From Macrostomum hystrix (lineage: Eukaryota; Animalia; Platyhelminthes), in contig CATNEN010000007.1 in the NCBI GenBank assembly GCA_950097015.1, forward strand, positions 7,564,001-7,628,000: a stretch of 64,000 nt of DNA, given 5' to 3'. The notes beneath the pieces were generated by a model that was given only the letters and a program-made list of their open reading frames with translations, was not told where the DNA came from and made no database searches. Of this stretch, positions 32,214-44,900 are shown piece after piece. Position numbers and translations under genes: made by a program. Positions within the stretch are counted from its first letter, which is position 1. Every line of letters starts with the position of its first letter.

Positions 32214-35200
32214 TCACCTGGCGCCGCCAGCAGGTGGGTTGTGATTTCGGCGATGATGATGCAGGTGATGGGGCCGCCGCGACTGGTCCAGGCCAGCCGA
32301 GTTCTGTCGATTTGCGCCCCTGCCGTGGCTCTCCACCATCTGGTAGAACTGGATTTTGTTCTGCAAGCCAACAGTGATTGTTAAATGCTCTTGCTTCAGG
32401 TTTCGACCTGCTCTACTTATAGTAGCCTAAGAAGCCTTGGCATTTTTTTCGCAGAATCTAGGAAAATAATGCATGCGCATAACCGCAAACAAAACAATAC
32501 TTGGCGAGAGTAGCATTGTTTTTCGTTGCCTACCGTCGCGAAGGCCTCAAAGTCCCGTCAAGTGCTCCGAATTTCGGACACAACTGCTGTTTTCGTGCCA
32601 TGGTCGGAGTCGTTGTTCGTGAGATGACTTTTGCATGATAATATCGGGCGATAACATCTGGCCTTCCACGGGCTTTACAGGAACGCTAAGTGAGGATAAA
32701 CTCGTAGAAATTCTGGAGGGAGGTTGGCCGCAGAGGGACGACGGGAGGGTGGTCGCGGAGGGTGGCTGAGGAGCGAGGTTGGCTGCGGAGTGAGGTTGGC
32801 TGCGGAGTGAGGTTGGCTGCGGAGGGAGGTTGGCTGCGGAGGGAGGTTGGCTGCGGAGGGAGGTTGGCTGCGGAGGGAGGGTTGTTACGCCCCACTTTAA
32901 AAGCTAGTTTCGGAGGTTACTGAGGTAAAGCTTAGTCATGAAAAAACTGTGAGTTTAGTTGCGGAGGAGTGGGTAAATATTATATTGAGTGTCGAAAAGA
33001 TGCATGCAGCAGCAGCAGCAGCAGTGACGATAGCTATACAGCATGCACGAGTACGGTGGATGTCCTCCTGGCGTTGGCAATCTCAAGCGCCTTCTTGTGC
33101 CACTCCTTCTTTTTATTGAGCCACTCCTGGCAAAGGTAGGCGAGCGGAGGGTGGGGGGAAGTCGGTGGGCTGGCGTTAGAAGGGCCGGTTTGTCAGTACA
33201 GATGCGGTGAGTAGAGTAAGCTAAGATGGCGCAAAGAAGCTGTAAGTGTTAGAACCCAGTGTCAGTCTCACGTGCTGCTTGCCTAGCTCATGTTGACGTT
33301 TGGACGGGTTATTTCAGCAATCTAATTCAGCGATTTGGCATGCGGAAGAAAAAGGTTCTCAAACTACGAATTCTCTGCAAAGCTAATTGCTAACACCCGC
33401 CAAATGAAAACAGTTCATGCTTAATTCCAGCAATCCAAGAGCTGCGTACCCTAGGCATTAGTTAACTAGTTAACAAGCGCTATCGCAGTTTGTTAATTGT
33501 ACAATAAAAAGTACATAGAATATTTTGTACGCCTGTCAATTTGTCTCAATGCCAAGTTTGTACCCAAATCACAGCTGGGAGAACTGGTGCTCAACGGTCC
33601 AATTGGTTCATAGAATGATCGATAGCTTTGAGATTCTTTGAGATGTTGCAGCTGCGGTAACCCACAAATGCCGACTCACCTTGTACTCGCGATCTTTATT
33701 GCGCATTTCCCGCCGTCTGCGACACGCCTGCAATATTTGAGAATGCGAGAACCTTAGTGAGACCCTTGAGCTAATTGGGTGTGGATCAGCACAGTTCTTC
33801 TGATCTTTCATTATTAACTATTTCAGAAAAAGCCTCTCTTGTTCCTCCACCTCCTCTTCTCGATCCTTCATTCTCTTCCTCTAAAGAAAACTCTCATCAT
33901 TGCCCAACGACTGTCAAAAAAAGCTTTTGTTTTAAAAAATTGATTTCGAGTAGCTCTTTTCGTATTCTAATGCACACAGACAAGGAATTCCCTTCCAATC
34001 ATAATGTACACTGACAAGAAATTCCCTTCCAATCATAATGTAAACAAACAAGGAATTCCCTTCCAATCATAATGTACGCAGACAAGAAATTCCCTTCCAA
34101 TCATAATGTACACAGACAAGAAATTCCCTTCCAATCATAATGTACACAGACAAGAAATTCCCTTCCAATCATAATGTACACAGACAAGAAATTCCCTTCC
34201 AATCATAATGTACACTGACAAGGAATTCCCTTCCAATCATAATGCACGCAGACAAGGAATTCCCCTCCAATCATAATGTACACAGACAAGGAATTCCTTT
34301 CCAATCATAATGTAAACAAACAAGGAATTCCCTTCCAATCATAATGTACGCAGACAAGAAATTCCCTTCCAATCATAATGTAAACAAACAAGGAATTCCC
34401 TTCCAATCATAATGTACACAGACAAGAAATTCCCTTCCAATCATAATGCACGCAGACAAGGAATTCCCTTCCAATCATAATGTACACAGACAAGGAATTC
34501 CCTTCACATCAAAATGCAGAGCGACAAGGAATTATTCTAAGATCAGATGAGCTTTATCACACCATCGAGGAATTACCTAACTTTTTATGCATACCATCAA
34601 GGACTCCCCACACATCCTAATGTGCGCCGTCAAGGTATTTTTCCGGTTCTCATAGCCAAACAAGCCCTTCTAGAATCGTGGAAATTCGCTCAGTGATTGC
34701 GGCGCCACTCACGTCATAATACAGCCAGAAGATGAAGATGACATGCGCCAGCACGTAGAGAACACTGAAGCTGATGAAGACGTCCTTCTCGATCTTGTTC
34801 ACCATCTCCATGCGGCGCAGGTGCCGGTTGCACGGCTCACCAGACTCGGCCTGGAGGAAGCAGTCCCGCATGGAATGAAAGCTCTCGCTGCCGCCGGCGC
34901 CGCCGCCGCCGCCTCGTGCGCCTCCGCCGCCGCCTTGAGTTCCGTTGACTCGGCCGACGGCGCTGCCGAGATTCGGCGGCTGGATCATGGTGACCACCGC
35001 GTGCCAGATGCTCACAATGCAGAGAATAGGCCAGTGACATGAGCACGTACTTGTCCTGCAGGGTTTGGTGGGAGCGGCCGGACAGTCCCGGGTTGTTGTT
35101 TTTCACCAGGAAATGAGTCGGAGGAAAATATGAAACGGAACAAAATATGCACGTGATCTCGGGCCGTCAAGCCTGACTGCATGTCAGTCAGCTAGATTTG

Positions 35201-38200
35201 AGTGACAGCTCCTTTGTCATTCTCAATTTTCATTCTGTCCTTTAGTTTTCATATCTTCATTGAGCTAAGATGAAAATGTTCTGTGTCTTTATTTTTCCCC
35301 ATTTCTAGCAGCCCGTTCTTTGCAAATTCGTGCTGCCCCTTATCTTCTAAAAAATTACCTTTATCTGTAGATTTAAGTCCCACCTATTTTGCAGTAGCTT
35401 TTCTCTCTAGTTTTACCTGTCTATTCAACCTCTTTTTATCCCTATTTGTCCACGCCACATAAGCGAGTCATTTTAAGAACTCCTGATTGCTGATTCATCC
35501 TGATCTCAGCCTCTCTTTGGCACCTCCGTCGGGCCGGTCAGACACGCCACCTCGCCACCTCGACCTGCTAGTGAGCTGGTGGGCCGCGGGGGGGGGGTTG
35601 CGCCGCTGCTGCAGCTACTGCTGCGCCCCCCCCCCCGCAACCGCCTACCCTCCTCCCTGAACTTGGGGTCTCTAAAGGGGGGAAAACAACTTGTGTTCTT
35701 GAGCCATTTTTATACCGGTTGTGTGTGTCAGACCAGATGCAAACTGACCGATTGAGTAGAGAGAAAGCAAGAAGAAACCAGAGACCGGACCGCTGCTCCG
35801 GGGATGGGGGGCGGGTGCGGAGTTCGTGTGTGGCCCTGACCGCTAGCTAATTTTATAACGACCAACTAATCTATGAGAACCTTTGAAGCGGCCATTCTAC
35901 CTCGAAACCGTGTGACACTCCATGCAGCGGCAACGAGATTGATTGGACACATTTTGGCTCGAGCCAACTTACAGGGAATTTGGGAAGGCGAGAACACGAA
36001 AAGGGGTGAGAGTGAGGGGCACAGAATGGGCCGAGAGCGGCAGCAGACTGGAAAGAAGATCAAAAGAGAAAAACGCGGCGGCAGAAGAGGGACTGATTGA
36101 GGATTATGGGCGACTTTTGCTCCAGAGAGCGGTGTGTGAGGGTCGGGTCGACAAACTCTGACACGCGAAGCTTTTTTAATCTCTCCCCTGTCTCCTCTCT
36201 CCCCTGTCTCATCTCTCCCCTGTCTCCTCTCTCCCCTGTCTCATCTCTCCCCTGTCTCATCTCTCCCCTGTCTCATCTCTCCCTGTCTCATCTCTCCCCT
36301 GTCTCATCTCTCCCCTGTCTCATCTCTCCCCTGTCTCATCTCTCCCCTGTCTCATCTCTCCCTGTCTCATCTCTCCCCTGTCTCATCTCTCCCCTGTCTC
36401 ATCTCTCCCCTGTCTCATCTCTCCCCTGTCTCATCTCTCCCCTGTCTCATCTCTCCCCTGTCTCATCTCTCCCCTGTCTCATCTCTCCCCTGTCTCATCT
36501 CTCCCTGTCTCATCTCTCCCCTGTCTCATCTCTCCCCTGTCTCATCTCTCCCCTGTCTCCTCTCTCCCCTGTCTCATCTCTCCCCTGTCTCATCTCTCCC
36601 CTGTCTCATCTCTCCCCTGTCTCATCTCTCCCCTGTCTCCTCTCTCCCCTGTCTCATCTCTCTTCCCTGTCTCATCTCTCCCCTGTCTCATCTCTCCCCT
36701 GTCTCATCTCTCCCCTGTCTCATCTCTCCCCTGTCTCATCTCTCCCCTGTCTCATCTCTCCCCTGTCTCATCTCTCCCCTGTCTCATCTCTCCCCTGTCT
36801 CATCTCTCCCCTGTCTCATCTCTCCCCTGTCTCATCTCTCCCCTGTCTCATCTCTCCCCTGTCTCATCTCTCCCCTGTGTCATCTCAATGAATCGTACAT
36901 GAGGTTTGTTATATTGCTCCCAAGTATTTTCCGATGTTTCCGATGTCCGAATGTTTAGATTTCTCTGTTGGGATTCTTATCGGGGGATGGGAGGTAAGGA
37001 TTTATTGTCTATGGCCCGCCCCGCCCGGCAGCAGCGGCGCCCAGCCCCCCCCCATCGGCCCAGGCCAGCTTACCATGTAGGTGAGGTAGGAGATGCGCGG
37101 CAGCGACTGAGCCACAACGTACTTGAAGGTGACGCTGGTCAGCACCAGGGTGAAGCTCAGCCGTAGGCGGTGCTCGCATTTGTGCGGCTCCACAGCGAAG
37201 GTCGCGAAGGACAGGCCCGAGATCATGAACTGCCGGTTGAGGGAGGGTTGCCAGGGCGGAGCAGAGTCAGTGCTCTGAGCTCACCAACTCACCATGTAAG
37301 TCAAGTAGGAGATCTTGGGCAGGGACTGGTTGATAACAAACTTGAAGGCCACCGAGGTGAGGAACAGTGTGAAGGACAGCTGCAGCCGGGCCTCCGGCTT
37401 GTCAGCGGCGACTGCGAAGGTGGCGAACGACAGGCCAGTTATGAAGAACTGAAATGCCGCGGCGATGGAGGGAGAGAGCGGGCGAGACGGCCGCAGGTTG
37501 GCCGCTGGGGTTTTGGGCAACGGTTGGCAGCCTTCTCTCCTAGATGGCAGCCTTCTACTCCTAGATGGCAGCCTTCTACTCCTAGATGGCAGCCTTCTAC
37601 TCCTAGATGGCAGCCTTCTACTCCTAGATGGCAGCCTTCTCTCCTAGATGGCAGCCTTCTACTCCTAGATGGCAGCATTCTACTCCTAGATGGCAGCCTT
37701 CTACTCCTAGATGGCAGCCTTCTCTCCTAGATGGCAGCCTTCTACTCCTAGATGGCAGCATTCAACTCCTAGATGGCAGCCTTCTACTCCTAGATGGCAA
37801 CCTTCTACTCCTAGATGGCAGCCTTCTACTCCTAGATGGCAGCCTTCTACTCCTAGATGGCAGCATTCTACTCCTAGATGGCAGCCTTCTACTCCTAGAT
37901 GGCAGCCTTCTACTCCTAGATGGCAGCCTTCTCTCCTAGATGGCAGCCTTCTACTCCTAGATGGCAGCATTCTACTCCTAGATGGCAGCCTTCTACTCCT
38001 AGATGGCAGCCTTCTACTCCTAGATGGCAGCCTTCTACTCCTAGATGGCAGCCTTCTACTCCTAGATGGCAGCCTTCTACTCCTAGATGGCAGCCTTCTA
38101 CTCCTAGATGGCAGCCTTCTACTCCTAGATGGCAGCATTCTACTCCTAGATGGCAGCCTTCTACTCCTAGATGGCAGCATTCTACTCCTAGATGGCAACT

Positions 38201-38751
38201 ATCTATTCTTCAAAGACTACTGTTCATCCAATTCATTTTATTCATGCTACATTCAAGCCCATCTTGCTTTGCACTAACAAGAATATTCTATTTGCAAGTC
38301 CTGGATTTTTGTAAATGTTCTCTGCTAGTGAGTCGGCGTCAGCTTTGCCCTGACTTCGCATCCCCGGAGGCGTTGCTGTCGGCATATTCTCACAGAACGG
38401 AAGCTACGGATACTCGTACACCAACAGACGGCGGTTGATTAGTCAGCCGCGGCAACCTCCAGTGCGTCCCATTGGGCTGGCAGTGAGGTTGCCGGGGGAG
38501 AGACAACTCGGCGCACAAGCCGAACACGCGGAAAAATCTGTGATGCTCTTAACATTCTGACACACTCTCACGCACACACGGATCGCGGCCAGACCCTGAC
38601 ATTTGCACTTTCCCCCGGCGCACACAACCGGGCAGTCACACTGTAGCAGTCCCTGCTGATGCCAGCTGCCTACCAGTGCGCCAGCTAAAACTCTTCTAAA
38701 CTGCAGATTTTTATGGGCAAATCTGGATATGAAATTGCGAGTAATTTAGGA

Positions 38752-38788
<37 letters not shown>

Positions 38789-41700
38789 GAAAGCACGCAT
38801 TATTAGGTATCTTTATCGCACTAAAAAAACTCCAGTCAAGCATAGACTGGAACAACACGTAACCCTTAACAGAGGAGCAGGCAACCCTCAACAGAGGAGC
38901 AGGCAACCCTCAACAGAGGAGCAGGCAACCCTCAACAGAGGAGCAGGTAACCCTCAACAGAGGAGCAGGCAACCCTCAACAGAGGAGCAGGTAACCCTCA
39001 ACAGAGGAGCAGGTAACCCTCAACAGACGAGCAGGTAACCCTCAACAGACGAGCAGGTAACCCTCAACAGAGGAGCAGGCAACCCTCAACAGAGGAGCAG
39101 GAGAGGAGCGCCATGAGCATCCAGAAAAACCTGGAGGCGCTTTATAGGGTGCAGGGCAGAGCCTGTCGTATGACGCTGGGCGCCCCACCCTCCACTCCCT
39201 TCGAAGGCATGAATGCTTTCCTCAACGCTACACCCATTGACATTTTCGTCAAGGGGGAAGCAGCAAAGTCCACCCGTCGTCTCCTTGATGCGGGTGTCTC
39301 TTTCCAGAATTCGCGAGCCTTCTCGAAGCGCTCCCTTCTGCCTCACTCTGACCTCTGCCTGAAAACTCTGGGCGAGTGCGGAGGGCTCACCATCCTTTCG
39401 GACGGGGCCCCGGCCACTTTACTCCGGAGCCACAGGTACAAAGTCAGCATCTCCCCTCGTAATGAGGTAAAGGACTGCTGGGATGACCCGGCAGTCCACT
39501 GTTACACTGACGGCTCTCTGATGAATGGTAATTCGGGATTCGGAGTGTGCGTCGCCTCGGGTGGTGAGGTCCTCTGGACCCACTCCCAATACTGTGGCAA
39601 GAGCTCTAGCGTTTTCCAAAACGAAGTGCTCGCCATCAGCTTCTGTGCGGCTGAGCTGCGCCAGAGGCAACTGGCTGGTCGGAGGATCTTCTTTCACTCC
39701 GACAGTCAAGCAGCCCTCAAGGCCCTCAGCCGCTGCACCTCTCGCTCCAGAACCACCTTGGACTGCAACACCCAGTTAAACGGGCTGGCGCAGTCTAACA
39801 AGGTGGAGCTGTTGTGGATCCCTGGGCATGCCGGGTTCACAGGGAATGAGATGGCGGACCAGCTCGCTAAGGCTGGAGCAGCCAGCTCCCTGATGGGCCC
39901 GGGCCCGGAGTCCCCGATCCCCGTCTCTGATGTCAACTCCAGCATCAACCGCTGGATGCAGACCCAGCACCGGAGGAGGTGGTCCAGCACCCTGAACTGT
40001 CGCCAGTCCAGGGCTGCGGTGCCAACCCCCTCTAGAAACCTGCGTAAGGCCTTACTCAGGCTTAACCGCAGAGACCTAAGAGCAGTCACTATGGCCCTTT
40101 CGGGACATGGCTGTTTCACCAGACACCGCTACCTTCAAGGCCACGTGCCTGAGGAAACGTGTCCCTTCTGCTGCTCCGGTCGTGAAAATGCCGAGCATTT
40201 CAACTGCCACTGCCCGGCCTTCACCCGGGCTAGGCTAAAACATCTCGGCCGGCACCGACTCTTGCCGAAGCCTGCTCGCCCGAGAACATCCCACAGCTCG
40301 CCCACTTCCTCCGGGATACCGGCCGAGCTGATTTCTTCCCAGCCTATGGCGAAGAAGATCGCGCGGCGGAATCGACCGACGGAACACCCTGAGCGGCACC
40401 GCCTCGCTGGAGGCTGTCTGGCTGCCAGGGGTTAGCGATATGGGCGGCATCAGCCGCCTACTCGCTGCGTCCGTCATGGAGGCTCCCTGCCGCTAAGTCA
40501 AGTAAGTCAAGAGGAGCAGGCAACCCTCAACAGAGGAGCAGGCAACCCTCAACAGAGGAGCAGGCAACCCTCAACAGAGGAGCAGGCAACCCTCAACAGA
40601 GGAGCAGGTAACCCTCAACAGAGGAGCAGGCAACCCTCAACAGAGGAGCAGGTAACCCTCAACAGAGGAGCAGGTAACCCTCAACAGAGGAGCAGGTAAC
40701 CCTCAACAGAGGAGCAGGTAACCCTCAACAGAGGAGCAGGTTACCCTCAACAGAGGAGCAGGTAACCCTCAACAGAAGAGCAGGCAACCCTTAACAGAGG
40801 AGCAGGTAACCCTCAACAGAGGAGCAGGCAACCCTCAACAGAGGAGCAGGCAACCCCAACAGGCAGGGCAGGCAGCACTAACCATGATGAGGAAGACATT
40901 CCAGTAGAAGTAGCCGGGTCTGCGGGCCGCCCTGCAGCGCACAGCGAGGCACGGATGCGACTTCATGGTGCTGGAGAATTCCTGAGTCAGGGTGCGCTTC
41001 TCAACCTCAATGTGCTCATGCAGGCGCCACTCCTGCTGGTCGACGAACGTCTGGATGTTGATGCCGCTCATTTCCGCCTCGTCCGGAATTAACTCAATCT
41101 CCGTGTCCGGCCTCTCCGAGGTGATGGTGATGGTCAGGTCCTGGGGGTTCATTGTATCCAATTGCATAGCATTTGATAGTTGAATGGAACCTGAGAATCG
41201 TGCTCAGTATATCTGCTGACCTGCACATCCAACGGGAAGTCGTTCAGCTCGAGGGTTTCCAAGAAAACGCCTTTAATCCTTCGCCTCTCCACAATGTAGA
41301 CGTCTGAGTTGAGCGGATCGTGCTGCGCCACCACCCAGGTGGCCTCCTTGGTCTCGCTCAGGATGTTGTCAATGTACAGCAGCGGATTCCAGTACTTCTC
41401 CAGGTCGACGCTTTTCAACTCCTGGATCGAGGAGGTTCGTAGATTTCGTGCACTTTTAGAAGCAAAAATTTCGGATTTTTTTTGGTAGGTTTAGTTGGCT
41501 CCACGGAAAACAATTCGAAATGTCAGCAGCAGGCCATCTGGAGAAGTCGCACTCAAGGTCATCAAGCTTGACAAATTGATCCCAGAGTACAAGCTCAGAA
41601 CTGGGGAGTGACTCGCTGTGACAGCCGCATCCTCTAACGAGTTAATTCCGAATCCTCGCTTTTACGAGTAATCTGGCCTTTCTAAGGGCCATACTTATTA

Positions 41701-41870
41701 TTTGGTTCAATCGGTAAGTACGTAAAAGTGCAAATCAACAAAAACTAGGGTGCTCAAATCGTTTTCAATAGAAATCTCTATGCGATACGCGGAGTACACA
41801 AAAACCGGTTGTCTTTTTGATCGGCAAACATTTTCTTCTGAGCAGCTTGTCGGATCTCCGAATAGGCTAG

Positions 41871-41926
<56 letters not shown>

Positions 41927-44900
41927 TAGCAGCTCTATACAAACATTGTGCGAGCGGGGGGCGGACATGGTCCACAGCAGAGCAATACTGTGTTAGCACT
42001 TTGCGTTTAGCTAACAAAATAGGGAGTCGGGAACACGACTGTCGGGTAAAAGAAGCCTAGTTGGGGACGGCGTTGGCTGGGATCTCAACAGGCGCCAATA
42101 GTTCTCAGCTGTGCTAGGGCAAAAACTGCTAATTGCACGCCTACTGCTGATCCTATTCACGCTGCTGGATCTGGGTGTCTGTCTGTTCTGGGTGTCTGTC
42201 TGTTCTGGGTGCCTGTCTGTTCTGGGTGCCTGCCTGATCTGGGTGCCTGCCTGATCTGGTTGTCTGCCTGTTCTGGGTGTCTGTCTGTTCTGGGTGTCTG
42301 TCTGTTCTAGGTGTCTGTCTGTTCTGGGTGCCTGCCTGATCTGGTTGTCTGCCTGTTCTGGGTGTCTGTCTGTTCTGGGTGCCTGCCTGTTCTGGGTGCC
42401 TGCCTGATCTGGGTGTCTGCCTGTTCTGGGTGCCTGCCTGATCTAGGTGTCTGTCTGTTCTGGGTGCCTGCCTGATCTGGGTGTCTGCCTGTTCTGGGTG
42501 TCTGTCTGTTCTGGGTGTCTGTCTGTTCTGGGTGTCTGCCTGTTCTGGGTGTCTGCCTGTTCTGGGTGTCTGTCTGTTCTGGGTGTCTGTCTGTTGTGGG
42601 TGTCTGCCTGTTCTGGGTGCCTGCCTGTTCTGGGTGTCTGTCTGTTCTGGGTGTCTGTCTGTTCTGGGTGTCTGCCTGTTCTGGGTGTCTGCCTGTTCTG
42701 GGTGTCTGTCTGTTCTGGGTGTCTGTCTGTTCTGGGTGTCTGTCTGTTCTGGGTGTCTGTCTGTTCTGGGTGCCTGCCTGTTCTGGGTGTCTGCCTGTTC
42801 TGGGTGTCTGTCTGTTCTGGGTGTCTGTCTGTTCTGGGTGTCTGCCTGTTCTGGGTGCCTGGCTGATCTGGTTGTCTGCCTGTTCTGGGTGTCTGTCTGT
42901 TCTGGGTGTCTGTCTGTTCTGGGTGCCTGCCTGATCTGGGTGTCTGCCTGTTCTGGGTGCCTGCCTGATCTGGGTGTCTGTCTGTTCTGGGTGCCTGCCT
43001 GATCTGGGTGTCTGCCTGTTCTGGGTGTCTGTCTGTTCTGGGTGTCTGTCTGTTCTGGGTGTCTGCCTGTTCTGGGTGTCTGTCTGTTGTGGGTGTCTGT
43101 CTGTTGTGGGTGTCCGTCTGTCTGTCTGTCTGTTCAGGTTACTGTATTTTTCAAAGGCTTAGAAATCTGAAATCAAGCCAGAGTGAAGGAAAGGTTGAGC
43201 AGACAGTTTGAGCATGCTTCAAATCGATAGGCAATAAATTTTTACAAGGCCATTGGTTCGACCTGCAGTCACTTCAAAATGAAAAAAGACCAATAATTCT
43301 CCCCCCCAATCGAGTGGATCTGCGAGCAGAAACGGAAAGAAATACTATCCTACGTTCATTTTATTCTCCCGGGAACTTTCTCGGCATTCCTGGGACATGC
43401 GCATGTCTTTGTTCGTCTTGACACAATATTCCCACCTTCCAGGCCTCTCCATTCTCTCACTCACCTCGGCGCCTCGGCCCTCCAATAGCGGCTCCTTCCA
43501 CTTGGCCTGGATGAAGGCGTCGGCGTGGTACAGCTCCTTGAGCGTGTCGATCTCGCCGATCTTCAGGAACACCACGCGAATTTCCACGACGACCTTTTCG
43601 TGGAATCAGAAATTAGTTTAAGTTAATTGGGGGCCAAGCTGTTCCTAAGAATACCCCTCTCACACTGTCTTACAGCTGGTGTCACTGTCGCTCTGTCCCT
43701 CCATCATTCTGTCACTCGATCATTCTGTCACTCGATCATTCTGTCACTCATTCACTCTGTTACTCTGTGACTCCTCCACTCTGTCACTCTGTCACTCTGT
43801 CACTCATTCACTCTGTCACTCTGTCACTCATTCACTCTGTCACTCTGTCACTCTGTCACTCTGTCACTCTGTCACTCTGTCACTCATTGACTCATTCACT
43901 CTGTCACTCATTCACTCTGTCACTCTGTCACTCTGTCACTCATTCACTCTGTCACTCTGTCACTCTGTCACTCTGTCACTCATTCACTCTGTCACTCTGT
44001 CACTCATTCACTCTGTCACTCTGTCACTCATTCACTCTGTCACTCTGTCACTCATTCACTCTGTCACTCTGTCACTCATTCACTCTGTCACTCTGTCACT
44101 CATTCACTCTGTCACTCTGTCACTCATTCACTCTGTCACTCTGTCACTCATTCACTCTGTCACTCTGTCACTCATTCACTCTGTCACTCTGTCACTCATT
44201 CACTCTGTCACTCTGTCACTCATTCACTCTGTCACTCTGTCACTCATTCACTCTGTCACTCTGTCACTCTGTCACTCATTCACTCTGTCACTCCTTGAGA
44301 CACGGCCGGTCTCTGTCTCTCTGTACTCAGCAATAATTATTCTACCGCTTCGCCGAAAGAGATACGGAGGAACGGCAGAAAAGTCTGCTAGCAAACTTAT
44401 TAGAACAAAATGATATGCAAGAACCGGATGCTCAATATGCTCAAAAACCAATATTTGCTTGGCCAAAAACTCTTCATCTCCCGCAAAAACCGAGGGAAAT
44501 TTTTTCCTTCAAAAGACCCACGCCGACATCAAAAGGCCTACTGGCGCTGTTGTTGGGAATAGAATTGACAACCCAAATCCTCATCGCGACCTCGACTCCC
44601 GTCCACAGTATATTTGCAATTGGGAAGAAAGAATGAGGACAGTCTCGCAGCACAGGAATAGGATTCCAGGATTATCATCTCCCACTTGAGCTTCAGCCCA
44701 CGGACTGAGCATATTAGATAGGCAAATTACGATTAAACAAACAGAATATGCGGCATCGGGTCAACTTAAACCCCAACTATTGGTTTGCTTTTCAAACGGA
44801 TTGTTTTGCTGAAATTCTCCGACCGAAATCCAGAAAATTTTGCAGCTTCTACAGCAATGTGAATTGTATGGCTGCAATGTATTGTAATTGTGCGTGTTGT

